Of a DNA stretch of 64,000 nt, positions 1 through 9,543 are shown in pieces. The DNA is from Paramoeba atlantica (Eukaryota; Protista; Discosea). Position 1 is the first letter of the stretch, and each line of letters opens with the position of its first letter. Made by a program: the position numbers and the translations under genes. The notes under the pieces are model-generated. The model did not search any database. It saw only the letters and a list, made by a program, of their open reading frames with translations, and was not told the DNA's origin. The stretch lies in contig CDRNVI010000012.1 in the NCBI GenBank assembly GCA_977017575.1, forward strand, positions 992,001-1,056,000, read 5' to 3'.

Positions 1-1
1 A

Positions 2-151
2 TCAAAGAAGACTGCTCCGAAACGCAAAGCGAGCCCAGCCAAAAAAAATTCTAAGAAGATAGTCAAAAAGGCAAGTAAAAAGAGCATGAAAAAGCCCATT
101 GCGAAGAAACTTGCCAAAAAATCAGTTGCGAAGAAAGTAAAAAAGGCGTAA
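2..151 (+). CDS. 3' end of a Lys/Ala-rich basic protein (histone H1-like or kinetoplast-associated-protein-like), truncated by the window edge
   Basis: Frame 2 reads SKKTAPKRKASPAKKNSKKIVKKASKKSMKKPIAKKLAKKSVAKKVKKA-stop (TAA 149-151). Not in the ORF track. Confidence 0.6.
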   Translation, partial: SKKTAPKRKASPAKKNSKKIVKKASKKSMKKPIAKKLAKKSVAKKVKKA

Positions 152-460
152 ACGCTCGATGCCAAGTACCGTTGTGCAAACAGACACGAAGTTGTAGGCT
201 GATGTCTATACTGTAGTCCACGTCGATGCTTTGTTGTATTACATTCCCCAACTACGAAGCGTTTTCGGCATCTGCGCCGAAGATTTGACCTGTTTTTATA
301 GTGTAACCGAACAGTCATTTCATTTTGTGTCATACTGCATAGAAAAAAATATCAATAGAACAAAGTTTTCTATTTGAAGCTTTTTCAGTGCATCGATTTG
401 AAGGAAATCATTCACTATTTTTAATTAAAGATTGCTTTCCTAATCGTTTTCTCTTTTTCG

Positions 461-1474
461 ATGAAAAAGTTGTTCCAACTGTGGCTTACGCCTACGTCCG
501 TCCTACCACTCCCCGGTCTCTACATATTTCGCGAAGCATTTTCTCCACAGAATGTCCCCAGTTGTTTACCTCCTTCAGAAGCGGCCGCGCGGTACGTCAG
601 CGGTTCGTTGCTTCAGTCATCCTCACCTGAGACCTTAATGATACAGCTCATGCGAGAGAACTTCTTACCATATCTTATTCAGCGCATTCGTAGCTTCCCC
701 TCCGACAATATACCCTCCGAGACGGAAGCTTCTCCCGTAGCCCAATACGCATCCCAGTTATACGCCCTGGAAACCATATCTGCACTGCGTCACAACTTAT
801 CCAAAGAAGACACGTTCCGCTCGGTCTTACAATGGTTTCAGTACCGTCAGGCGTTTCGATCCTCGGTACATCTAATCCGGGACAGTCGATGTTTACATCA
901 AGCGAGTCCCGAGATTTCGTATTTTGATTTCATCAAAGACATGGGTTCGTTGTGTGCGAAAACAACCGACCTGGACTCAACTTGTGTGAACGTTCTTGGT
1001 CTCACGGGAAAGGGGTTGGCAAACACTAGTCATCGAGACACCGCGGTGGGATGGGATCAGATGGGTCAATTCCTGTCTCGTAAACTCTCTCCTGAGATTT
1101 CCATGATTACACAAACCGCAAAAGACCTGCAGGCGCAGCAAAACAAAATGACACAGAAAAGTTTTGTTTGGTGCTTCCTGCGATTGTGGTGTTGTGTGGC
1201 GGTGGCCTGGCGTGGATCTTCCAGCATCGATGACCTGCAAAGTGTCTTCGCGTCCCACCAGTGGGTGTTGACCACACACTACATCACACGGACGTGTGAG
1301 GAGGTGAGGGGGAGGTTGAGCTCGGAGAAGGCGCTGTCCGAGACCCGCACGGGTTCTCCCTTGACGCAGGATGTCATGCACAAGTTGTTGTGTCGTACCC
1401 CGTTGGATGTGCCTCCGCCAGCGACGATACCGATCCCAGCGAAGCGTTTGCTTCCGACGGAGGAAGGAGTCTAG
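461..1474 (+). CDS. Hypothetical protein, 337 aa
   Basis: Long ATG-initiated ORF on the gene-cluster strand; no motif recognised. Confidence 0.65.
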   Translation: MKKLFQLWLTPTSVLPLPGLYIFREAFSPQNVPSCLPPSEAAARYVSGSLLQSSSPETLMIQLMRENFLPYLIQRIRSFPSDNIPSETEASPVAQYASQLYALETISALRHNLSKEDTFRSVLQWFQYRQAFRSSVHLIRDSRCLHQASPEISYFDFIKDMGSLCAKTTDLDSTCVNVLGLTGKGLANTSHRDTAVGWDQMGQFLSRKLSPEISMITQTAKDLQAQQNKMTQKSFVWCFLRLWCCVAVAWRGSSSIDDLQSVFASHQWVLTTHYITRTCEEVRGRLSSEKALSETRTGSPLTQDVMHKLLCRTPLDVPPPATIPIPAKRLLPTEEGV

Positions 1475-1680
1475 GGAAGTTGTGTAAAATCGTGTAGTAT
1501 AGAAAATAGGCTTAAAAAATCTACATTACTCGAAATTTTTCTCGCTGTTTCGTTGAATTTAGTTGTTGGAAATTTATTGCACATGTTTAGATCAAGCATT
1601 CTCGACGGATGAGACTCAAAAAATGGTAGTATATTTTTGAAGGTACGCACGAATCGTAAAGCGTTTGCATGTTCTTGCAG

Positions 1681-1717
1681 TCTACTTTTTTATACACCCT
1701 TTTTTTATATTACATAG
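1681..1717 (+). promoter_or_regulatory. Probable trans-splice acceptor (polypyrimidine tract + AG) for the V-ATPase e gene
   Basis: T/C-rich tract ending TACATAG at 1717, 19 nt before ATG 1736. Similar tracts precede 13068 (AG 13063-64) and 22337. Confidence 0.45.
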
Positions 1718-1735
1718 ACTTCAATCCGTGCAGCG

Positions 1736-1939
1736 ATGCTGTTCATTGGAACACTCGTTTTTATTTTCATTGGGACTGCACTGGCTGCAACGCTACACTT
1801 GTGGGCATCGGAACGCACTCGCCTTTTAAGGATCCTCATCCCCCTAGGACTTTTTTGTATGTGGCTATCCTACGCAATAATTTATGTGGCCCAGATTCAT
1901 CCGTTAATTATCCCGACGCGCATCAGGCAGTCTCATTAA
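1736..1939 (+). CDS. V-type ATPase V0 subunit e (Vma9/ATP6V0E-like)
   Basis: 67 aa, two hydrophobic helices, C-terminal CMWL.YAI.Y.AQIHPLI.P matching the subunit e MWL..a..y.aQ.nPL..P pattern. Confidence 0.85.
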   Translation: MLFIGTLVFIFIGTALAATLHLWASERTRLLRILIPLGLFCMWLSYAIIYVAQIHPLIIPTRIRQSH

Positions 1940-2291
1940 TGTTATGACTATTATAGTCTTAAGTCCTGTATATTACCACGTTGAGTCTGATGAAGCGTAG
2001 TATAAATATACATAATTCTGGTGTGCGTTTGGGCGCCTTTTTCTTAGTAAAACACGTAATTGAGTATTGGGACATTTCTTTGCCGCTTCCACGGGTGTAC
2101 CGAAGTGTTCAAACATTTGTAAAAATTAATTAAGCTATACATTTTAGAACACCCTTTCGGAATTCACACTCTTGGGATGCTGCTGAAGCAAACAAATTCC
2201 ATTTATTTGCAATAAATCAACAAATTTGCAACGAATCAATAAATACCTTTTGATTATTCAGGTATTTTACAACGACTATGCACTTGAGCAA

Positions 2292-2948
2292 ATGCTTCCG
2301 ACTATTTTATTTTTCAGTGTCGATGTCCCACTGCGAGCAAGTAGAGTGCGTGGCTCTGCCCTGCCCCAGGAATATATGCTGTCTCGATTCGTAAATACTC
2401 TGCTTATTAAAGACAAGTCATGGACTGATAATACACCTGCATGTGAATGGAAATTCGTCGAATGCGATACTGATAAGCATGTTACTTCGCTAAAGTGGCA
2501 AAGCAACATGTTTCAAGACTCTCTCGCTGATTCATTAACTATAAAGGGTGAACTGCAGTGGGTGTACACACCTCATACGTTGCTCTTCTTTAGAGCTTAT
2601 ATGCAGGCTTTATTTGGCTCTCTACATCTCTCTTTACTGCCGCCTCGTTTAATAACATTTGACATCGCTTTGAATAGATGTAGTGGGCATTTAGATCTGA
2701 CACATTTGCCCTGTTCATTGGTAACTTTGGATTTAAATTTCAATAAATTTGAAGGTGAAATCGATCTTTCGTGTCTTCCTGCGTCTTTAAAAACCCTGAA
2801 CCTGTGTTCTAATGAACTTTATGGTAATGTAGATTTGACTAAAATTTCTAAGGACATAGAAAGTATAAAACTTGCCAAAAATTACTTTTTCATACCCGAA
2901 ACTATACCCGAAAAAGTATTTTTCGGAATTCAAAAGAATAAACAATAG
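2292..2948 (+). CDS. Leucine-rich repeat protein, dispersed family copy 1
   Basis: SRVRGSALPQEYML, cap ACEWKFVEC, repeats like G.LDLT.LP.SL..LDL..N.F. ORF track starts at 2226; first ATG 2292. Confidence 0.85.
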   Translation: MLPTILFFSVDVPLRASRVRGSALPQEYMLSRFVNTLLIKDKSWTDNTPACEWKFVECDTDKHVTSLKWQSNMFQDSLADSLTIKGELQWVYTPHTLLFFRAYMQALFGSLHLSLLPPRLITFDIALNRCSGHLDLTHLPCSLVTLDLNFNKFEGEIDLSCLPASLKTLNLCSNELYGNVDLTKISKDIESIKLAKNYFFIPETIPEKVFFGIQKNKQ

Positions 2949-3365
2949 TTTGAGAATATTACATCAAATCTACTGTACAGTACTTGGTGTCTATGCCCTG
3001 TAGTACTTGGGTGTACATGCTCTGTGTATTGGGGGATAATACAGTATGTATGAGCTGCACGGGGTTTATTACAAAAACAAATTCGTAAGATACTACTGAG
3101 CTCCAAGAATAACATTTCGATAGCATTCATTGGCTTGCATTCTTTATTCATATTTATTGCGGGTGGCGGGCATTAAAAAACAGACCTTTCTTTGTTTTTT
3201 GTTTTATTTAAAATCACTCATAATTTACATACTTGTTATGTATGTATGTATGTACTTGTTATGAAAAGTTGTGAAAAGTTATGAAAAGGAGAGTACATTG
3301 TGCGTCTTTCGTATACAAAAAATACTTTTAACTCTTATTTTTCCACTTTTTCGTTTCTAGTACAC

Positions 3366-4313
3366 ATGGCCCTGCGCCGCTTGTTAGATTTATGCCGAAA
3401 GCATCATGCCACGACACCCATATCTAAAGTACGGGAAAGTTTATCCCAATTGGATTTTCATGGAGACATATATCCGCTCTTAACGGGAAATGAGTTACGT
3501 GGTAAGAATCAGTGTGACGAGAAAACAGTTACGTCAGGAAAAGCGGATAGAAAAAAGCGTTTTGAAACTTTTGAAGTAGCGAAATATCTTGCTGACAACT
3601 CTCCAATAAGGGGGGACAATGATGTAGACACACAATATAAAAGAATAGATTTCAACCCTCCGCACAAGAAAATACGTCGATCCGTTTTTCATGAAAAGGC
3701 AAAGTTTCTTAAAGAGGCCAATCAACGTTCGATAGGCACAGTATGCTTTTCAGAAAATGTTTGCCATAGTCTCGTGCTTTTCGCACTCCCCGCTCACACA
3801 ACTATTCCTCTTCACGATCATCCTTCCATGCACGTGCTTTTGAGAGTGTTGTGCGGTCGAATAAAAATTCGTGCATTTGACCCTATAGGTTCTTGCGTCG
3901 CGAAAAAGATTACAGGAACTTCTTCGGGACCTCCTTTTGGGAATTCAGTGGCTGTTCATTGTGTGTACGATAGATGGGTCTCAAGCGAAGAAAATGTACT
4001 CCAAATTCATCCCAATGCAAAAGGTGGGGTCTTTCACGAGATTAGTACACAAGATGAGGTTGGTGTCTTTATTGATTATATTACACCACCGTATTACACA
4101 GCACCATTACATCTTCCTTGTACTTATTATACCCTAGAAAACATTTCCGGGCCAATGCAAGTTAAACAAAATTCTAAAGAACAAAGCAGATCCTCTGAAT
4201 CTATTGATTCATCTACTCCCGAGTCATGTACTGAACAGATTTTTCATTTACAGGCTCTTTCACGAGAACCTAGCATCCCAATGCATTCTCTTTCGATGGA
4301 ACATTCAGCGTAA
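3366..4313 (+). CDS. Cysteamine dioxygenase / plant cysteine oxidase-like thiol dioxygenase (PCO_ADO cupin)
   Basis: IPLHDHPSMHVLLRVLCGRIKIRAFD, GGVFHEI, FIDYITPPY motifs. ATG 3366. Confidence 0.8.
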   Translation: MALRRLLDLCRKHHATTPISKVRESLSQLDFHGDIYPLLTGNELRGKNQCDEKTVTSGKADRKKRFETFEVAKYLADNSPIRGDNDVDTQYKRIDFNPPHKKIRRSVFHEKAKFLKEANQRSIGTVCFSENVCHSLVLFALPAHTTIPLHDHPSMHVLLRVLCGRIKIRAFDPIGSCVAKKITGTSSGPPFGNSVAVHCVYDRWVSSEENVLQIHPNAKGGVFHEISTQDEVGVFIDYITPPYYTAPLHLPCTYYTLENISGPMQVKQNSKEQSRSSESIDSSTPESCTEQIFHLQALSREPSIPMHSLSMEHSA

Positions 4314-4415
4314 GGAGGTACGTTCCTGAAGGAAAAAGCGCGTAATAATTTCGCCACGTAGAAGTGATATGTTTTTAATAGTTAGGTGTAAGGAATTTTT
4401 TAAAACGTTTATGAT

Positions 4416-5363
4416 GTGTGTTTCTATGGTGTGTGTTGCATACTCAATGTAGGTTTTTTATATTTTCTCCGACACTTTATGGAAGCGGGATCTACCTTCA
4501 ACCCTTTCTTGTTTTTCGGATTCCCCGACTGGTTGACTAATATTTTCACTTTCTTCAGTGAAGAGCAGATATTGAGCAGAAAACTGGTGAAATTGGCAGC
4601 CAAATGTGGTTGGTCAGGTCTGAGAGATCGTGCACTGGAACAGCCTTATTGTGATACAGCAGAATCCATATTTAGTTCCGTAAACAACAGAATTCGCGAT
4701 CGACTTCCACCTAAAAATATGGATGATAATAGTTCTGCTACTGAGGCCTCCAATGGCGAGGGGCAGGACACTGAAAAACTTGTTCTTTCCAGTGCATCAC
4801 TTTCTGCATCGGGAATACTTTGCAATCTGAAAGCCTCTTCGGCTTTAAACGAATCAGAGAATGCTTATCTAAACTGGTTTCGTCGCTTACCACACGGCAA
4901 ATGCAATTCGCATCTCATCTCTGTTAATGTTGAATTCGTAGAACAGTGGCCTAAAGCCCGGTATGTGGAATGCTGGCGAAACAAAGTGGAAATTCCCAAA
5001 GATTTCGAAAGCCAAATACCATCGCGGGCAGAGTCCACTTTTCCTGAAAGAAAATCAAGTCCAATGGAACCGGAATTTTGTATTGGGGAAATAGAGGTCG
5101 TACACCAAGCGTCTTCCGATGTCGATGATGCGAATCCAGAGAAGGGTGGATACGTAGTTGATTTCTCTACATTAAAGCGAAACGTATCATCCGTGAATAT
5201 CAATAAAAATGTAAGTACACGAGATCAGACGTTTTCCGTGGAGGATGACAAAAATTCTGGCAATGCTACGCAATTTCTGATCGTACCTGGACCGAAGACG
5301 GAACCTTTATGTCTTACCGTTTCAACTTATAGTGTATCCACCATTGTATCGTGCGGGTCATGA
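4416..5363 (+). CDS. Hypothetical protein, up to 315 aa
   Basis: Long ORF on cluster strand; true start probably a downstream ATG; no motif recognised. Confidence 0.6.
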   Translation: MCFYGVCCILNVGFLYFLRHFMEAGSTFNPFLFFGFPDWLTNIFTFFSEEQILSRKLVKLAAKCGWSGLRDRALEQPYCDTAESIFSSVNNRIRDRLPPKNMDDNSSATEASNGEGQDTEKLVLSSASLSASGILCNLKASSALNESENAYLNWFRRLPHGKCNSHLISVNVEFVEQWPKARYVECWRNKVEIPKDFESQIPSRAESTFPERKSSPMEPEFCIGEIEVVHQASSDVDDANPEKGGYVVDFSTLKRNVSSVNINKNVSTRDQTFSVEDDKNSGNATQFLIVPGPKTEPLCLTVSTYSVSTIVSCGS

Positions 5364-6217
5364 ACCTAGCCTCTAAAAGTCTAGCATTTATCATGGGACC
5401 TTCTTTGGTATTATTCTTTCTAACTAAGCACGTAATGCATGCAGCATAGGCTCTCATGTAACAAAGGTTTGCACATTTTAGCATATTCTAGTCTGTCCTA
5501 GATTTACTTTTATTTTTTTGATTCGGTTTCTCACACGTTTCAAAAATTTGAAATTGGAACTCTCTGGGTTGAGAATCATTGTATACTGAATTAAAATAGT
5601 GGCTACAGCACACTGGCATTCATGCTTCAATACGACTTGTCCGGAGTGTTGTGATGCGTATTAGCACTCGACAAACATTTATGTGAAGTGCACATACAAG
5701 ACTTGTTAGTTAAACTTCAGATAGGAATTTAGGAGCATTTTTCCTGGTGGGTTTTTTCATGATTGAGCAAGTGTAATAGAGTATCACTCAGATTTGTACG
5801 AACGTTCAATTTTATTTACTCCGACGGCAGCATACAAAAATGGCGCATATGGAATATACATGCAATGTATATACAACACATTGTACAATACAATGTATTG
5901 ATCCAGATTTTAGAAAAGAGAATATAGACTTGAGAAATTAATCTTTTTTCTCTTTTTTATTACATATTTTCTCATAATCATTATGAGAAAGTAAATACTT
6001 ATTAATAGCGAAGAAAATAGGCGCTTCAGACAGTATCAGTATCGTAGCTATTCTGTACCAGTATATGAACATGGGTACATCATACATAATATGGTCCATA
6101 AAATTTATATGGTCCATTTATCTTTATTGCCATCTTATAGTAAAATAACTATAAATAATCGCACTTATCGTTAGAGACAATGTTGTTAGGGTTTCTGGTA
6201 CTTGTACGCATCTATCC

Positions 6218-6934
6218 ATGACATCACTCGATTCAACTACCCCTTCAGGAGATTCAATATTTCTTGTCCTGACATATTTACACCCGGAGATGCTTCCCGA
6301 GCATCTAACGCAGCTTCTTTCCCCTTTTGCCCACATCACGTCAGTGGATATATGCCACAATCCACCCCCTTCACGTGGCACCGTTCAAGTGGAATCTACT
6401 GAGGCTGCAGATCTTCTCATCTCCGCGCTGCACGGTCGATATTCTCTGTGCGCGCATCCCCTTATTGTGGCGTACAGCGAGAAAACAGCCCAAATTTCGC
6501 CTTTTGGCATCGCGCACAGTGTCACTATCAGAGAGTTAATTGGCGGATCCGGACGACCCTCAGGAGTGCTATCACACTCTCCTCCCGGAGTGCGTTCATC
6601 TTTTCCCAATGAAGCTTCTGCGCTACGAACGGGCACAACTTCCGCAATGCCTTCAAACCCTGTTTACTCGGGAATTTTTAACCCATCACTACCTTCCCCG
6701 ATAGCTGAAGCGGTTCCCTTATCTTTTCACGTTGCACCCCCCTTAACCACGCACTTACATTCACATCCATATCGCAATTCTACATCACATCGAAACGAAA
6801 ACCCTGTTTTATTAACTGGCTTACATCGCGGAGTCAGAAGTACGAACGGAAATACCGGAGCAAGAGAGATGCAAAAATTAAATCCCAGTGCACAACCTTT
6901 TGAACCATCGCGCGCAGAGCACCAAAATAAATAA
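6218..6934 (+). CDS. RRM-containing RNA-binding protein with C-terminal PAM2-like motif
   Basis: N-terminal RRM-like pattern (IFLV..L..E...E.L.QL.SPF..I..V.I...RG..QV.S.EAA..LI..LHG) and C-terminal KLNPSAQPFEP. Confidence 0.7.
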   Translation: MTSLDSTTPSGDSIFLVLTYLHPEMLPEHLTQLLSPFAHITSVDICHNPPPSRGTVQVESTEAADLLISALHGRYSLCAHPLIVAYSEKTAQISPFGIAHSVTIRELIGGSGRPSGVLSHSPPGVRSSFPNEASALRTGTTSAMPSNPVYSGIFNPSLPSPIAEAVPLSFHVAPPLTTHLHSHPYRNSTSHRNENPVLLTGLHRGVRSTNGNTGAREMQKLNPSAQPFEPSRAEHQNK

Positions 6935-7184
6935 GTTATTTCAGCATTTTTTCTGTTCTTGAGAGATATTACTGTCGTAAAAAACTTTCTATGTGAAGTA
7001 CATTGATTCAGGTCCTTCTTCGGTTCTTTTTTATTCTATTTGTTAATCGCTGGGACTTCCTCGGATCACATTTACGAAAACATCACCTCGTTTTTCCTAC
7101 TTTGAGTAGCAGCGACGTAATCTTCTACTTTCCTTTATGATGATAGAAAACAAATGATGTATATTTCAGAAGTCTGACCCACTG

Positions 7185-8327
7185 ATGCAACGCACTTTGC
7201 TCCGTTTTCACGGGCTCCTTCAATTTCCCTGTGGCTCTGGTCACCTCACGATCGGTCGCGGAACTGAATTTATGGTCCCCAGCAACGACATTTACCACGA
7301 TCCCGTAGCGCTGCGTGAACGTCTCGACCTCGACGGCTTTCTATACTTTAAAGACATTCTTCCCCGTGACCACCTCACACGCTCCCTCCTCTCCCTACAA
7401 ACCCAACTCCAACACCTTGGTATACTTCTCCCCAACAGTTTTGAATTTAATCCTCACTACCACAACCTTAAAACCAACCCACCCCAAACAAACCCCCCAA
7501 ACCACCCGCCCTCCGAAATCCAACCTCAATGCCACAACAACAACAATAACAACAACAACAATGATAACAACAACAATAACAACAACAACAATGATAACAA
7601 CAACAACAATTGCAATAACAACAATAGCATCAACAACAATAATAATAACCACAACAACAACAACAACAGCAACAATAATAATCATGACCACAACCCCCTC
7701 CCCCCACCCCCCCTCGACCTCCCCTCCCTCACCCACGGCCCCAAACTCCTCTCCATCGTCCGCCACGTCTTCGGCGCCCCCGTCCGCCCCTTCCCCGCCC
7801 CCACCGCCGCCCTCCTCGAGGTCGCCCCCCGCGCCGAGCCCCACACCTTCCACATGGACGCCGTCTACCTCACCCGCGGCACCCGCCTCGTGTTAACCGC
7901 CTGGCTCCCCCTCACCGACACCCCCCTCCGTCGCGGCCCCCTCGTGTGTGTGCGCTCCAGCAACTCCCACCCCAGCACCGAGAGACTGCGCCACACCTAC
8001 GGGCTCTACGACGCCCACAGCGGGGCCGTCGCCGGGGCCGGGGGGTACAGCGCGGACCCCCGGGAGGTGGAGGGGATGGGTCGGGGGTGCGTGACGGCCT
8101 CGATGAGGGCCGGGGACCTGGTGTTGTTCGGGGTCTACACCATGCACGGGTTTCTAACGAACCAGTGTGCCGGGGTGCGGGTCTCCGCGGAGTCGAAGTG
8201 GTTTCTGGAGGGGGATGGGGCGGGACCGGATGAGAGGTATTGCGGGCATAGGGTGGGGGGTGGGGGTGGGGGGGTGGGGAAGGTGATGAGTTTGGAGGAG
8301 GCAAAGAGGACAGTGTGGGGTTTGTGA
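7185..8327 (+). CDS. Phytanoyl-CoA dioxygenase (PhyH)-like 2OG-Fe(II) oxygenase with poly-Asn insert
   Basis: LRERLDLDGFLYFKDIL, HTFHMDAVY (HxD), LTAWLPLTDTP..RGPL, MRAGDLVLF...MHG, RVSAE.KW. Confidence 0.8.
   Translation: MQRTLLRFHGLLQFPCGSGHLTIGRGTEFMVPSNDIYHDPVALRERLDLDGFLYFKDILPRDHLTRSLLSLQTQLQHLGILLPNSFEFNPHYHNLKTNPPQTNPPNHPPSEIQPQCHNNNNNNNNNDNNNNNNNNNDNNNNNCNNNNSINNNNNNHNNNNNSNNNNHDHNPLPPPPLDLPSLTHGPKLLSIVRHVFGAPVRPFPAPTAALLEVAPRAEPHTFHMDAVYLTRGTRLVLTAWLPLTDTPLRRGPLVCVRSSNSHPSTERLRHTYGLYDAHSGAVAGAGGYSADPREVEGMGRGCVTASMRAGDLVLFGVYTMHGFLTNQCAGVRVSAESKWFLEGDGAGPDERYCGHRVGGGGGGVGKVMSLEEAKRTVWGL
7536..7682 (+). repeat. (AAC/AAT)n coding microsatellite encoding poly-Asn
   Basis: About 48 mostly AAC/AAT triplets, including a duplicated AACAACAACAATAACAACAACAACAATGAT block. 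Confidence 0.95.
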
Positions 8328-8524
8328 GGAAAGGGGGGATGGGGGGAAATACGGGAAGCATGTTTTGAAATGGTTTTGATCACATTCAAGATAAAGCCCC
8401 TTTCTCAAAGAAGGTTTCTTCTTTTATATTCGTTATGTTCTTTTTTTGTCGAGACCATCCCATTATTTATACCAACCTATTCTCCTACACAATCTGTTTC
8501 AACTTTACACACACACACACACCC

Positions 8525-9235
8525 ATGCTCCACCGCACCTCTCTGCGACGCTGGTTGCGTAACCCCCACGGGGACAAGCAAACCCCACCCGAGACATTTT
8601 TTCCCTACCGAACGGAAAAAATTCTCTTCAAGTATTCCCACGGGGAGAAGTACGAGGGACCGTTGTGTCGACGACTAAAGAAGCCAGACAAGTACCGCCC
8701 CCATGGCATCCCGCGTGATCTCGGGGAGTACCCTCGGAACTACGTGCTGCGACATCTCTACTTCAACCAACCTATCAGTGCCCCCGGGTTATGGGAGGTG
8801 TTAAAGAAACAGCCCGACGTGCCGCTGGACTCCCGACGTCACCTTACGCTGCTGCTCAAGTGGGCACGTCTGGAGGACTGGGTTTTCTTTGAGAAGAACC
8901 AGGACAGCAATCAGTGGGTGTGTAACATTACACGGAATAAGTACCCCGAGGTTCAGACCCTGGTACGGGAATACCGTGACGCGGAGAGGAAGGCGGAAGA
9001 GGAAAAAAAGATGAGCCAGCGGCTGGAGGAAACAGAGAAGGAAAAGGAGGTGAGATTTCTTAGGAAGCAAAATATGCAGCTTTTACAATGGGAGCTTATT
9101 CAAGCCGCCGAGCGTTTATATGAGTATGACCCGGAGGAGTATCTTCAATTACCGTTTGTAAAAGAGCCGCACGTGTATCGTCTCCAATGGTATAAGCCGG
9201 ATTCTACTGAACTCTTAGATTTGTCTGGAAAATAG
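8525..9235 (+). CDS. Hypothetical protein, probably mitochondrial
   Basis: MLHRTSLRRWLR resembles a short Arg-rich kinetoplastid mitochondrial presequence; C-terminal coiled coil. ATG 8525 (ORF track 8435). Confidence 0.65.
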   Translation: MLHRTSLRRWLRNPHGDKQTPPETFFPYRTEKILFKYSHGEKYEGPLCRRLKKPDKYRPHGIPRDLGEYPRNYVLRHLYFNQPISAPGLWEVLKKQPDVPLDSRRHLTLLLKWARLEDWVFFEKNQDSNQWVCNITRNKYPEVQTLVREYRDAERKAEEEKKMSQRLEETEKEKEVRFLRKQNMQLLQWELIQAAERLYEYDPEEYLQLPFVKEPHVYRLQWYKPDSTELLDLSGK

Positions 9236-9276
9236 TATTGAACTTAAAAATATTTATTAAGTTGGAATCCTTTAGC

Positions 9277-9357
9277 TGCATGATGATTGTATCCAATAAT
9301 AGCGGAAACTGCCCTCGGGCCTTCATGAAAAGCTTTACTCCAAAGTGCACTGACGCA
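9277..9357 (+). ncRNA. Candidate C/D-box snoRNA
   Basis: Box C ATGATGA 9280-86; D'-like CTGC 9309-12; GCCC-TC-GGGC hairpin 9311-20; C'-like ATGAAAA 9325-31; box D CTGA 9350-53; short terminal TGC/GCA stem; intergenic. Confidence 0.45.
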
Positions 9358-9543
9358 AGGTTTTCCTACTGTAGAAGTAATATGGTAAATTATCCGAAAA
9401 GTTAGTTAGGAGTTAGTAATTTGCACTTTTATGTTCATTTCGCTTTCGAATTTGTATTCGGTTTTCTTCATTAATGTTGGTAACTTTGCAGTTAAGGCGC
9501 AACACATAGTTTCGCGAAGCCACTCAATCCGGAGACGCAGTAA

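Noticed and set aside
3230-3290. Short tandem and direct repeats in intergenic DNA (also 6086-6117, 8505-8522, 12960-13005, 58876-58905)
   Set aside because: Ordinary slippage microsatellites in AT-rich UTR sequence.
7315-8408. Overlapping alternative-frame and antisense ORFs (7315+, 7395-, 7912-, 7946+ etc.)
   Set aside because: By-products of the AAC repeat and extreme C/G skew, which suppress stop codons.
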